The notes: a model not told the origin generated them from the letters alone. DNA of 64,000 nt from Candidatus Eiseniibacteriota bacterium (GCA_963783375.1 CAWANH010000017.1:87163-151162); one strand, 5' to 3'; counted from the stretch's first letter, positions 52,719 to 62,140 are shown. Program-made: numbers and translations.

Positions 52719-53072
52719 TCAGCCTCCGGTCGAGTCGCCGCCCAAGGGACGGATCTCGTCGGTATCCTCAGCCACCACCCGGTAACCCTCCAGTTTCCCG
52801 GGAAGCTTGGCCTTGGCTTCGGGGTGGTCGTCGAGCACCATGACCTTGATCACCGGAGTTCCGTCGGGAAGGGCTCCCTGGTAGGTCCCCACCACGCCCG
52901 GGATGGCCATGAGCAAGGGCGTGTGGCGGGCCAGGACCTCGGCGATCGGCGCCTTGGGCGCGGGTTTGGAATTATCCACGTTCTGCTCCCCGTTCGGCGC
53001 GCACGACGCGACCAGGATGACCAGTATCCCCGCCCACGCCGCGGTTCGCATTCGGGTCGGTGTATCACGCAC
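52719..53072 (-). CDS. Small lipoprotein homologous to the N-terminal (pro)domain of the upstream protease
   Basis: Lipobox LVASC; RHTP.LM...GVVGT..G....G.PV.KV shared with the product of 53237-54403. Confidence 0.8.
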   Translation of the reverse strand: MRDTPTRMRTAAWAGILVILVASCAPNGEQNVDNSKPAPKAPIAEVLARHTPLLMAIPGVVGTYQGALPDGTPVIKVMVLDDHPEAKAKLPGKLEGYRVVAEDTDEIRPLGGDSTGG

Positions 53073-53157
53073 GGCTCGTTCCCTTCGGACCGGATGCGGC
53101 GGGGCCGCGGCCCGGTGCCGCTCCGCAGCGGGCCGGCTCCCAGGCTCGAATGTACCA

Positions 53158-53196
53158 GAAGCAAGAAGGCGCCCGCCCCTGGGGAGGGCGGGCGCC
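53158..53196 (-). terminator. Rho-independent terminator after the protease gene
   Basis: 11-bp stem GGCGCCCGCCC/GGGCGGGCGCC followed by TTCTTGCTT on the minus strand. Confidence 0.7.
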
Positions 53197-53236
53197 GGGA
53201 GGAGACCTGTCTGCTGCTCGCGAAGGATCGGGTGGA

Positions 53237-54403
53237 TCAGTTACCGACCATCGAGGCGTTCAGGAACGAGAGCACTTCGTCGATCGGGTTGGCGACGGCC
53301 GTGGAACGGCTGCCCGCGAAGAGCAGGCCGACGGCCCGCGGGTTGTTGCTGACGTCTTCCACCATCAGCGAACCGGAGTCGCCGCCGTCCAGGAAGCCGC
53401 TGTGCTTGTTGTTGACGACGATCTGTCCGGTGAAGGTCTTGGTGAAGGCGGTCCCGCCCGCGCACTCGTTCTCGTAGCTCACGGAAACGGTGGCGTTGAG
53501 GCCGCTGATCGTGCTCCGGCTGAGGCCGGTGGTCCGACCGCTCTTCTTCACCGCCTGATTCACGGACGCGGCCACGGTCTGGGAGGAGAGGGTTCCGATC
53601 TCCAGGATGGCACCCGAGGGATCCACCGCGCCGGAAACCACCGCGGCGATGGCGCAGTCGACGTTGGAGTTCGGGAGGCTCTTGATCCCCGAGAGGGTGG
53701 CCACGGTCTGGGCGTTGGCGAGATTGCAGCCCACGTCGATGAGACCGGGCTGGATCACGGCGTCGCCGGCCTGGGCGGTGCGGTTGTTGCCGCCGCTCAC
53801 GATGTCGGCTTCCAGCACGTGGTAGTTGCTCAGGATGTACTGGGTGCCGCCCTTCTGGACGAGCGAGCCCAGGGTCCCGGCGCAGCAGTAGCCGTTGGCC
53901 AGGTCATAGGCCCAGCCGCCGGAGGTGCCGAGCTGGATGGGGAGGCTCTGCTCGGCGGTGTGGGAGACACCGCCCCCGCCGCCGCCGCCACCGTGGCCGC
54001 CGCCACCGCCGCCCCCGCCGGGGGGGCCCTTCATCGCGTGGATGACGCCGGTGACTTCGGTCTCGACGTCCACGCCGTCGAGGCTCATCGGGATGATCCC
54101 TTCGGGGAGCTTCCGGGCGGTGTACACCTTGACCACCGGCTCGCCGCCGGCGTTGACGCCGGTGGCGGTTCCCACCACGCCGTCGACCTGCATGAGATCG
54201 GGGGTGTGGCGGTTCTGGATGGCCATCACGCGCTGGATGGCGGGGCTGGCGACGGTGAGGTTCAGTGAGGGACTTTGAACACTGGGCCCGGTTACCGAGC
54301 TGACCTGGTCGGTCCCGCAACCCGTCCACAGAGCGACGGCGAGGAGGGCGGCCAGGAACAGAGGCAACAAGGTCCATGAATAGCGGAGAGAGCGACGCTT
54401 CAT
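53237..54403 (-). CDS. Trypsin-like (clan PA, NAL1-like) serine protease lipoprotein
   Basis: GGAGG RBS, lipobox WTGC, GTLG, SNYHVL (His), VDCAIA (Asp), K.GRTTG, GDSGS (Ser), GLLFAG; poly-Gly linker. Confidence 0.88.
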   Translation of the reverse strand: MKRRSLRYSWTLLPLFLAALLAVALWTGCGTDQVSSVTGPSVQSPSLNLTVASPAIQRVMAIQNRHTPDLMQVDGVVGTATGVNAGGEPVVKVYTARKLPEGIIPMSLDGVDVETEVTGVIHAMKGPPGGGGGGGGHGGGGGGGGVSHTAEQSLPIQLGTSGGWAYDLANGYCCAGTLGSLVQKGGTQYILSNYHVLEADIVSGGNNRTAQAGDAVIQPGLIDVGCNLANAQTVATLSGIKSLPNSNVDCAIAAVVSGAVDPSGAILEIGTLSSQTVAASVNQAVKKSGRTTGLSRSTISGLNATVSVSYENECAGGTAFTKTFTGQIVVNNKHSGFLDGGDSGSLMVEDVSNNPRAVGLLFAGSRSTAVANPIDEVLSFLNASMVGN

Positions 54404-54548
54404 GGGTCCTCCAGATTCGAAGAGCAGCAAGCAGACATCCGAAGTCGCAATTAGACAATGGATATGGCTTATCGTCAATCGGAAATTAGAGTGAAGTGGG
54501 TATTTGGTACCCACGGCTTTGCAATCGTAACGCGTCTGTTTTCAGATT

Positions 54549-54568
54549 ATTACAGTATTCATGCTGTA
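54549..54568. promoter_or_regulatory. Inverted repeat TTACAG-N8-CTGTAA in an AT-rich upstream region (operator candidate)
   Basis: TTACAGTATTCATGCTGTAA within the AT-rich stretch 54420-54600 upstream of the protease. Confidence 0.4.
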
Positions 54569-54593
54569 AAACATGGTTGGAGAACTGAAAGAA

Positions 54594-54977
54594 TCATGCG
54601 CCTTGGCGGCCCCCGGATGCCGCCGCAAAGAGGAGCGCTCCCCAGCCCACCAGGAACCCCAGTCCGCCGAGCGGGGTGACCGCGCCGAGGGCTCGGATGC
54701 CGGTCAGGGCGAGGAGGTAGAGGCTCCCCGAAAAGAGAACGATCCCCACCGCGAATGCCCCCCCCGCGATCCGGACCGCCCGGCCCGGGAACCGCTCCGC
54801 CGCCCAGCCGCAGGCCACCAGCGCCAGGGCGTGGAGCATCTGGTAGTGCGCCCCGGTCCGGAACACCTCGAGGAGGTCGGGGGAAAGCCGGCCGCGGAGG
54901 GCGTGGGCCCCGAAGGCGCCCGCGGCCACCCCCAGGAACCCCGCCGCCCCGCCCCAGATGACGAATCGTCGAGCCAC
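54594..54977 (-). CDS. DUF423 (YgdD/TMEM256) membrane protein
   Basis: GAFGAHAL, YQMLHALAL, FSGSLY, GAVTPLGG. Confidence 0.93.
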   Translation of the reverse strand: MARRFVIWGGAAGFLGVAAGAFGAHALRGRLSPDLLEVFRTGAHYQMLHALALVACGWAAERFPGRAVRIAGGAFAVGIVLFSGSLYLLALTGIRALGAVTPLGGLGFLVGWGALLFAAASGGRQGA

Positions 54978-55071
54978 GGTGCGTCCCCCTTTCGAAAGTC
55001 GTCGGTGTCCGGTGTATCCTGAGCCTGTCCGCGAGTTCCGACGGTAGGCGACCACGCCCGGGGAGGCAACG

Positions 55072-55947
55072 CTGAACAGGACCCAGGCTCCGCTGGTACG
55101 CTTCGGCACCTCGTCCTTCTCCTCGAAGGACTGGGTGGGGCCGTTCTACCCCGAGGGCGCCTCGCCCTCCGACTTCCTCGAGCTCTACGCCCGGCGCTAC
55201 GACACGGTGGAGATCGACGCCACCTACTACGCGGTCCCCGCCGCCCGCACCGTGGAGGGGTGGGCGCGGAAGACCCCGGAGGGGTTCCTCATCGCGTCGA
55301 AGTTCCCCCGGGAGATCGTCCACGGGGGCGAGAGGGCGAGCCCCGACCCCGCCCGGATTCTCGAGCCGGACCACGCCTACCCGGTGCGGGACCGGTTCCT
55401 GGCGGTGATGGAGAAGCTGGGGCCGCGGCTGGGCCCGCTGGTGATCCAGTTTCCATACTTCAACAAGAGGGTTTTTCCGTCCGCGGAACCGTTCATGCAC
55501 CGGTTGGACCGGTTCCTGGGCGATCTCCCGCCTGGACGGTCCTACGCGGTGGAGATCCGAAACCGCCCCTGGCTCACCCCCGCCTTCGCCGATCTCTGCC
55601 GCCGGCACGGGGCGGGGTTGGTGCTGGTGGACCAGGCGTGGATGCCCCACGGGGACGAGGTGGAGAGGAAGATGGATCCGGTCACCGCCGGTCTCGCCTA
55701 CGTCCGGCTTCTCGGGGACCGCCGGGAGATCGAGAAGCTCACCACCACCTGGGAGAATGAAGTGATCGACCGGACCGATCGCCTGACCCGCTGGGCCGGG
55801 TTTCTGGTGCGGATGCTGGAGCGCGAGGTGCCTACGGTGGTCTACGTGAACAATCACTACGCGGGCCACGCTCCGGCCACGGTGGAGAAGCTCCGCCGGC
55901 TCTTCGAGGAGGCGGCGATGGAGCGGGGACTGGACCCCGGAAGATAG
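55072..55947 (+). CDS. DUF72 (YecE) family protein, probable CTG start
   Basis: RFGTSSFS..DWVG.FYP, TVEIDATYY, AVEIR, YVRL.G, YVNNHYAGHA. Confidence 0.9.
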   Translation: MNRTQAPLVRFGTSSFSSKDWVGPFYPEGASPSDFLELYARRYDTVEIDATYYAVPAARTVEGWARKTPEGFLIASKFPREIVHGGERASPDPARILEPDHAYPVRDRFLAVMEKLGPRLGPLVIQFPYFNKRVFPSAEPFMHRLDRFLGDLPPGRSYAVEIRNRPWLTPAFADLCRRHGAGLVLVDQAWMPHGDEVERKMDPVTAGLAYVRLLGDRREIEKLTTTWENEVIDRTDRLTRWAGFLVRMLEREVPTVVYVNNHYAGHAPATVEKLRRLFEEAAMERGLDPGR

Positions 55948-56086
55948 CCCCCGGGGGCGGGCGCTGCGGTTGCATTGCCCGGCGCGGGCGCGCATCATGG
56001 AAGGCGGTGCCAGGTGTCCGGCGCGGATCCGCGCGAGCCGCCGCCGGAACCGAGCCCCTTTTGGTTCTTTGAAAGGAGTTTTCACC

Positions 56087-57286
56087 ATGTCCGCGACGCT
56101 GACCCGCGAGGAACGCGACGCCCTTCTCACCCGATTCAATGAAACCGCCTCCGACAGCCCCGTGAACATCCTCACCCGCCGGCGCATGCACGAGCTTGCT
56201 TCCCTAGAATGCGATGAAGGTCCGGTGATCAGCCTCTACGTGGACCTGAGCCCGCAGAACCGGCACAACAACGCCTGGATCATCGATCTCAAGACCGCCG
56301 CGCGGGACGCGCTGGCCGGAATCCGGAGCCCGGCGGAGCGGGAGGTCGTGGAAGGGGAGATCGGCCGCATGGAGAGCTGGCTCAAGGATCACGCCCCGGC
56401 GCTTGGACGGGGGGCGGCCTTCTTCAGCTGTCCGGCGCGGGATCTCCGGTGGCAGGTGGCCCTCCTGGTGGAGCTTCCCACCCGGGTGAAGGTGGGCCGG
56501 CGCGCCTACATCCGACCCCTGGCCCGGGTGCGGGACGAACACGACCGCTTCGCGGTGGTTTCCCTGGACAAGACGCGGGCGCGGCTATTCGTGAGCCAGC
56601 TCGGCTCGATCCTCGAGGTGGCGGACATCTTCGAGGACACTCCCGGCCACCACAAGCAGGGGGGATGGAGCCAGATGCGTTTCCAGCGGCATCACGACGC
56701 CCACGTGATGTGGCACGCCGCCGCGGTGGCCCAGGCCACCGAGCTGATGATGGACCGGTTCGAGATCCGCCACCTCCTGGCCACCGGAACCCCCCAGGTG
56801 CTGGCCGAGTACCGGGACCAACTCACTCCCCAGGTCATCCAGTTCTGGGACGGGGAGTTCGGGCAGGACATCGGGGCGGGCCCGTCCGAGGTCATCGAGG
56901 CGATCGCTCCACTCCAGCGGGAGGTGGAGGCCCGGGAGGAACGGGCCACCATCGAGCAGCTCAACAACTCGGTCTCCGGCGGACGGGGGGTCTGGGGCCT
57001 GGACGGGACTCTTCGGGCCCTGATGGAGCGCCGCGTGATGACCCTGGTCGTCCACGACCGGTACCGCGCGGAGGGGACCGAGTGCGTTCGATGCCGGATG
57101 CTCCTGGCCGACCACGCCTCGCGTTGTCCGGCCTGCGAGGGGGCGGTGGAGCCGGTGGAGGACGTGGTGGATGCCGCGCTGGAGCGCGCGATGACCCAGG
57201 AGGCGGGGTTGGAGCTGGTCCGGAGCGACCTCGGCCGTTCCCTGCTTCCCGGGGGGGAACCGATCGGCGCGATCCTTCGCTTCTAG
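56087..57286 (+). CDS. Bacterial eRF1/aRF1-like release factor (baeRF/VLRF1 clade) with Zn-ribbon insert
   Basis: VISLY.D, HKQGGWSQ.RFQR loop, CVRC...CPAC, terminal IGAILRF; AAAGGAG RBS. Confidence 0.85.
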   Translation: MSATLTREERDALLTRFNETASDSPVNILTRRRMHELASLECDEGPVISLYVDLSPQNRHNNAWIIDLKTAARDALAGIRSPAEREVVEGEIGRMESWLKDHAPALGRGAAFFSCPARDLRWQVALLVELPTRVKVGRRAYIRPLARVRDEHDRFAVVSLDKTRARLFVSQLGSILEVADIFEDTPGHHKQGGWSQMRFQRHHDAHVMWHAAAVAQATELMMDRFEIRHLLATGTPQVLAEYRDQLTPQVIQFWDGEFGQDIGAGPSEVIEAIAPLQREVEAREERATIEQLNNSVSGGRGVWGLDGTLRALMERRVMTLVVHDRYRAEGTECVRCRMLLADHASRCPACEGAVEPVEDVVDAALERAMTQEAGLELVRSDLGRSLLPGGEPIGAILRF

Positions 57287-58296
57287 CCGTTCCCCATGGT
57301 GAGCACCGCGGCCTGGGCGTCGAGGGATCCCCGCTTCAGCCGGTCCAGCGCCTCGTTGGCCGCTTCCAGGGGGTAGGTCTCGACGTCGGTCTCTATCTTC
57401 AGCCGCGCGGCCAGGGTCAGGAGTTCCCGCGCGTCGGCCCGGGTATTGGCGGTGGTGCTGCGGACGGACTTCTCCTGGAAGAGATGGGTTTCGTAGTCCA
57501 GCTCGGGGAATCGGTCGAGATGGATCCCCGCCATGGACATCGTCCCGCCCCGCCGGAGCGAGGCCAGGGTGTTCCGGATCTCGCCGCCCACCGGGGCGAA
57601 GTAGACCGCGTGGTCGACGAGCTTGGGCGGGCGGTTGCCCGGCTTTCCGGCCCAGACCGCTCCCATCTTCTCCGCCCGGGCCAGGGAGTCGTCGCCGGGG
57701 GAGATCGCGTAGACCTCGGCCCCCCAGGCCCGGGCGATCTGGATGGCGATGTGGGCCGCCCCCCCGAACCCCACCAGGAGCACGCGGCTCCCCGGCCGGA
57801 TCTCGCTGCGCTTCAGGGAGCGGTAGCCGATGATCCCCGCGCAGAGGAGCGGGGCCACGTGGGCGTCGTCGCCGAGCGCGTCGGGGATGGGATGAACGTA
57901 CGAGGCCACCGCGGTGATCCGTTCCGCGTAGCCCCCCGGCCGGTCGAAGCCGGTGAAGATGGGGTGCTCGCAGAGGTTCTCCCGGCCTTCCACGCAGTAG
58001 TCGCACACCCCGTCGAAGCGGCCCACCCAGGCCACCCCGACCCGGTCCCCGGGTTCCAGGCCCTTCACCGCCGAGCCGGCGCGGACCACGCGTCCCACCA
58101 CTTCATGCCCGGGGATGACCGGATAGCGCGGCGGGGTGAGATCGCCCTCCACGATGTGGAGATCGGTCCGGCACACCCCACAGGCGGAGATCGCGACCAG
58201 GACCTCGTCATCGGCGGGAGCCGGACCGTCGACGTCGGCGAGCTCGAGGGGATGATCGGCGGCGGGAGCCGGCCGGGGGAGAACCTGGGCTTTCAA
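57283..58296 (-). CDS. Zn-dependent alcohol dehydrogenase family protein
   Basis: CGVCRTDLH, PGHE.VG, C.YC..G.ENLC, APLLCAG.IGYR; TTG start after GGAGG. Confidence 0.93.
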   Translation of the reverse strand: MKAQVLPRPAPAADHPLELADVDGPAPADDEVLVAISACGVCRTDLHIVEGDLTPPRYPVIPGHEVVGRVVRAGSAVKGLEPGDRVGVAWVGRFDGVCDYCVEGRENLCEHPIFTGFDRPGGYAERITAVASYVHPIPDALGDDAHVAPLLCAGIIGYRSLKRSEIRPGSRVLLVGFGGAAHIAIQIARAWGAEVYAISPGDDSLARAEKMGAVWAGKPGNRPPKLVDHAVYFAPVGGEIRNTLASLRRGGTMSMAGIHLDRFPELDYETHLFQEKSVRSTTANTRADARELLTLAARLKIETDVETYPLEAANEALDRLKRGSLDAQAAVLTMGNG

Positions 58297-58352
58297 TGGA
58301 TCGGACCTCCGTTCGATTGATTCGATGGGCGCGGGCGCTCGTCCCGGTCCCC

Positions 58353-58799
58353 TCAATGATAGAGGTTTCGCATCTCGGGCGGCGAGAGATCGGGCGCGGA
58401 GAAATCCCCGTGTTTCCGGGCCCAGGCGAGCCGTTTCTCCATCTCCCCCCGCCAGACCGCGTCGACCAGGGTGCCGCCGGAGCCCGCCGACCAGCGCTCG
58501 ATCACCTCGGTCTCCCGGTCCACGATCAGGTGGACGTCGGCGTCGTCGGACGTGTAATGGATCCCCAGCTGGTCGGCCGACGGTCGTTGATCCAGGAGAT
58601 GTTTCAGGGCGGTCGCCGCGGCCTCGTGAGTGAGTTCTCCGCGGTTCACGACCGTGTAGCCGGGGGGGACGGCTTTCTCCACGCTGCCGGGCTCATGGGT
58701 GGCCTTGGCCCCGAGTTGGGACAGATAGTACTGCCCACCGGCGTACAGACCCAGAACCAGCAGCGCGACGACGATCAGGGTTCCCGAGTATTTGGGCAT
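58353..58799 (-). CDS. Hypothetical protein with N-terminal membrane anchor
   Basis: 148 aa, single TM, natural amino-acid composition, same strand as its neighbours. Confidence 0.6.
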   Translation of the reverse strand: MPKYSGTLIVVALLVLGLYAGGQYYLSQLGAKATHEPGSVEKAVPPGYTVVNRGELTHEAAATALKHLLDQRPSADQLGIHYTSDDADVHLIVDRETEVIERWSAGSGGTLVDAVWRGEMEKRLAWARKHGDFSAPDLSPPEMRNLYH

Positions 58800-58845
58800 G
58801 CGGTTTCCAAAGCGGCGCCGGTGAATCGTTCCCGTGCCGCCTGTT

Positions 58846-59826
58846 CTACTCCATCCGCCGGGCCAAGGACAAGGCGAAAAGGTCCTCGGGGTCGGTGTAC
58901 CACCGCATGAGCTCGAAGCCCCCGGCGGCCAGGAGGGTCTCCACGCCGGGGCGGTCGTACTTCGTGCTGATCTCGGTCAGGATCTCCTCGCCGGAGCGTA
59001 GTGCTATGGCGAGATCGAGCTTGGGAAGCCGCGCCCGTTGTTCGGATCGGGAACGAAGCCACATCTCGATCCGGTGCCGGTCCCGGTTGTAGAGGGCGTG
59101 GTGCTCGAATCCGTCCACGTCGAAATCCGCGTCCAGGAGCCGGTTCAGGACGCGGAGGGCGTTCAGGTTGAATTCCGCGGTCACCCCTTGGGAATCATTG
59201 TAGGCGGCCTCGAGGCGGGCGGGGTCCTTGATGCGGTCGGTGCCGAGGAGCAGGCACTCGCCGGGCTCCATGTGGGCGGCGGTCTTCCGAAGGAACGCCT
59301 CCGCCTGTCGCGGCTCGAAGTTTCCGATGGTTCCACCCAGGAAGATGACCAGCCGCCTCCCCCCCTCGGGAATCCGGCCCAGGTCGCGCACGAAATCGCC
59401 GATGATCCCGTGAACCCGGAGTCCCTCGTACTCCGAAACCAGCTCGTGGGCGGTTCTTCGCACGATTCCCTCGCTCACGTCGAAGGGGACGTAGATCCCG
59501 AGAGCCCCCGCCCGCTTCATCGCGTCGAGAAGGACCCGGGTCTTGGTGGAGGCCCCCGACCCCAGCTCCACCAGCGTGGTGGCTCCGGTGGCGGCCACGA
59601 CGTCGTCGGCAACCGCCTTCAGGATCACCCGCTCGGTCCGGGTCTGGTAGTACTCCGGAAGCTCGCAGATCGCCTCGAAGAGGGCCGACCCCCGATCGTC
59701 GTAGAAGTACCGAGGGGCGATCTCCCGGGGGGCGCGGAGCAGCCGTTCCCGGATCTCCCGGAGTTCCTCCTCCGGCCGCTGGCGCTTCAGGGCCACCTCG
59801 ATCCGAACCGCCTCGCCGGTCTTCAT
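58846..59826 (-). CDS. egtD: L-histidine N-alpha-trimethyltransferase EgtD
   Basis: YFYD.RGS.LFE.IC.LPEYY.TRTE, ELGSG.S.KT, FLG.TIGN, AYNDSQGVTAEFN.N.L, RIEM.L, TEIS.KY. Confidence 0.93.
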   Translation of the reverse strand: MKTGEAVRIEVALKRQRPEEELREIRERLLRAPREIAPRYFYDDRGSALFEAICELPEYYQTRTERVILKAVADDVVAATGATTLVELGSGASTKTRVLLDAMKRAGALGIYVPFDVSEGIVRRTAHELVSEYEGLRVHGIIGDFVRDLGRIPEGGRRLVIFLGGTIGNFEPRQAEAFLRKTAAHMEPGECLLLGTDRIKDPARLEAAYNDSQGVTAEFNLNALRVLNRLLDADFDVDGFEHHALYNRDRHRIEMWLRSRSEQRARLPKLDLAIALRSGEEILTEISTKYDRPGVETLLAAGGFELMRWYTDPEDLFALSLARRME

Positions 59827-61385
59827 GTCCGCATCTCCAGTCCCTTGGGCCGCACCAACCGCTCCACCAGGGCCAGGGCGCCGTCGGCCAGAAGGGCCAG
59901 GGCCGCCGCCGGCACCGCGCCCGACAGGATGATCGTGGTGTCGGCGAGCTGGAGCCCGGAAACGATGGGCACTCCCAGCCCTCCGGCGCCGATGAAGGCG
60001 GCCAGGGTGGTCGTGCCGACGGTGATCACCGCGGCGGTCCGCACCCCGGCCATGATAACCGGTGCGGCCAGGGGAAGCCGCACCATCCTGAGCGCCTGGG
60101 ACTCGGTCATGCCCAGGGCCAGAGCCGCTTCCGCCGCCCGGGGTCCCGCGTCCCTGACCCCGCTGTAGGTGTTCCGGAGGATGGGGAAGAGGGAGTAGAT
60201 CCAGAGCGCCACCACCGCGGGGAGCGCCCCCACCCCGAAGAGCGGGATCATGAAGGCCAGAAGGGCGATGGAGGGGATGGTCTGGGTGATGGCGACGAGG
60301 CGGATCACCGGCTCCGCCGCCTCGCGCTTCCGTTCCAGGAGGAGGCCCAGGGGAACCGCCAGGAGCACCCCCAGGGCCAGGGCCAGGGCCGAGAGGCCCA
60401 CGTGCTCCAGGGTCCGCCGGGCCAGAACCGCCCGGTCGGCCCACATGTACTGAAAGACGTTCTTCCCCCGCGAGGAGACCGCGCGCACCTGGCGATGCTC
60501 CACCAACCCCAGAGTCTCCAGGGCGTCCTGGGCCACCTGTTCCACGGTGTCGCCCCTCTCCTGGAGGCGGAGGTTCAGGCTCCGCATCGTCTCCTCGTCC
60601 AGGGCGCCGGCCAGAAGCCCCAGCACCGTCCCGATCTCGGGGTGCCCGGCCAGGGTCTTTCCCCGGACCAGGGCCGCCGCCTGATAGGGGGGAAAGAAGT
60701 CCTTGTCGTCTTCGAGCACGGTCAGGTGATAGGTGAGGAGACGCCCGTCGGTGGTGTAGACGTCCAGGGCGTCGATCCGGCCCACCCCCGCGGCCTGGTA
60801 CTTGAGCGCCTGCTGCATCGGCTTCACGCTCTTGAAGCGGAGGCCATAGGTCTTCTCCAGACCCGGGAGACCGTCCTCGCGATCCACGAACTCGTAGCCG
60901 AAGGCCGCGTCGAATTCCGGCGACACCCGGGCCAGGTCGGAGATGGTCCGGAGGCCGTACCGCATGGCGATCGTGTCGGGAACCGCGATCTCGTAGGCGT
61001 TCTCGAACCCCAGGGGGCTCAGCCACCAGAGATCCCAACGGCTCAGGAATTCCCGCCGCACGAGGTCGAGGGTGGCGGTGGCGCCGAGGCTCGGTTTCTC
61101 TCCGAGGATCGAGACCAACCCGGTGCCGGTGTATTCGGGGTAGAGGTCGATGGCCCCGGTCTTGAGCGCCTCGAAGCACACCTGGGTCCCGGCCAGGTTG
61201 AGCTTGCGGTCCACCCGGAGGTCCGTCCGCGCCTCGATCAGGCGGGCGAACATCTCGGCCAGAAGCCGGCTCTCCTCGAAGTTCTTGGACCCCACCGTGA
61301 TCCGGTCCGAGGCGGCAAACGAGCGGGACGCGGCGCAGAGAAGCACCAGGGCGGCGACGGCGGTGCGTCGGACGGAGCCGCTCAT
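59823..61385 (-). CDS. Fused substrate-binding/permease subunit of a betaine/osmoprotectant (Opu/EgtU-type) ABC importer
   Basis: VGSKNF.E, YPEYTGT, F..REDG, FFPPY, then QTIPSIAL, ALGMT, IGAGGLG. Confidence 0.92.
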   Translation of the reverse strand: MSGSVRRTAVAALVLLCAASRSFAASDRITVGSKNFEESRLLAEMFARLIEARTDLRVDRKLNLAGTQVCFEALKTGAIDLYPEYTGTGLVSILGEKPSLGATATLDLVRREFLSRWDLWWLSPLGFENAYEIAVPDTIAMRYGLRTISDLARVSPEFDAAFGYEFVDREDGLPGLEKTYGLRFKSVKPMQQALKYQAAGVGRIDALDVYTTDGRLLTYHLTVLEDDKDFFPPYQAAALVRGKTLAGHPEIGTVLGLLAGALDEETMRSLNLRLQERGDTVEQVAQDALETLGLVEHRQVRAVSSRGKNVFQYMWADRAVLARRTLEHVGLSALALALGVLLAVPLGLLLERKREAAEPVIRLVAITQTIPSIALLAFMIPLFGVGALPAVVALWIYSLFPILRNTYSGVRDAGPRAAEAALALGMTESQALRMVRLPLAAPVIMAGVRTAAVITVGTTTLAAFIGAGGLGVPIVSGLQLADTTIILSGAVPAAALALLADGALALVERLVRPKGLEMRT

Positions 61386-62140
61386 GCCCGATTCCTTCGT
61401 CGGTGTCGGAGGAGTTCCCCCACGTACTCCGCCTCCGGATGGGCCTCCACCTCCTCGGGGGGGCCGACCTGGAGCACCCTTCCCTCCTTCATGACCGCGA
61501 TCCGGTCTCCGAGCACGAACGCCTCCTCGAGATCGTGGGTGACCAGGAGCATGGTCTTTCCCAACCGCTCCTTCATCCGCACGAACTCGTCCTGGAGCTC
61601 GACCCGGGTGATGGCGTCCAGGGCGCCGAAGGGTTCATCGAGGAGGACCACGCCGGGGTCGGCGGCCAGGGCGCGGGCGAAGGCCACCCGCTGCTGTTGT
61701 CCCCCCGAGAGTTCCACCGGGTAGCGGTCCCGGTAGCGCCGGGGATCGAGCCCCACCAGATCCAGGAGCTCGTCCACCCGCTCCCGCCGGCGGGCTTCTC
61801 CCCAGCCCAACAACGCCGGCACCAGGGCGACGTTCCGGGCGACGGTCCAGTGGGGGAGAAGACCGCCTTCCTGCTGGACGTAGCCGGTCCTTCGCCGGAG
61901 GTCGATCAAGTCCCAGTCGCGGGCGGCGCGGCCGTGGATCCGCACCGTGCCCTCGGTGGGTTCGGCCATGCGATTGAACATGCGGAGGAGGGTGGTCTTC
62001 CCGCATCCGCTCTCCCCGATCAGCGCCAGGGTCTCGCCCGAGGTCACCGAGAGGTTCACCCCGTCCAGGGCCTTGACGCCGCCGGCGTAGGACTTCCCGA
62101 CGCCCTTCGCTACGAGAACCGCGTTCCCGTCTTCGCTCAA
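61382..62140 (-). CDS. ATP-binding subunit of a betaine-type ABC importer (no CBS domains)
   Basis: GESGCGKTT, LSGGQQQRV, LLDEPFGALD, VTHD; TTG start overlapping the upstream stop. Confidence 0.93.
   Translation of the reverse strand: MSEDGNAVLVAKGVGKSYAGGVKALDGVNLSVTSGETLALIGESGCGKTTLLRMFNRMAEPTEGTVRIHGRAARDWDLIDLRRRTGYVQQEGGLLPHWTVARNVALVPALLGWGEARRRERVDELLDLVGLDPRRYRDRYPVELSGGQQQRVAFARALAADPGVVLLDEPFGALDAITRVELQDEFVRMKERLGKTMLLVTHDLEEAFVLGDRIAVMKEGRVLQVGPPEEVEAHPEAEYVGELLRHRRRNRA

Noticed and set aside
53970-54030. GGC/GGT microsatellite as a contingency locus
   Set aside because: Mixed codons encode an in-frame poly-Gly linker; not a pure slippage tract
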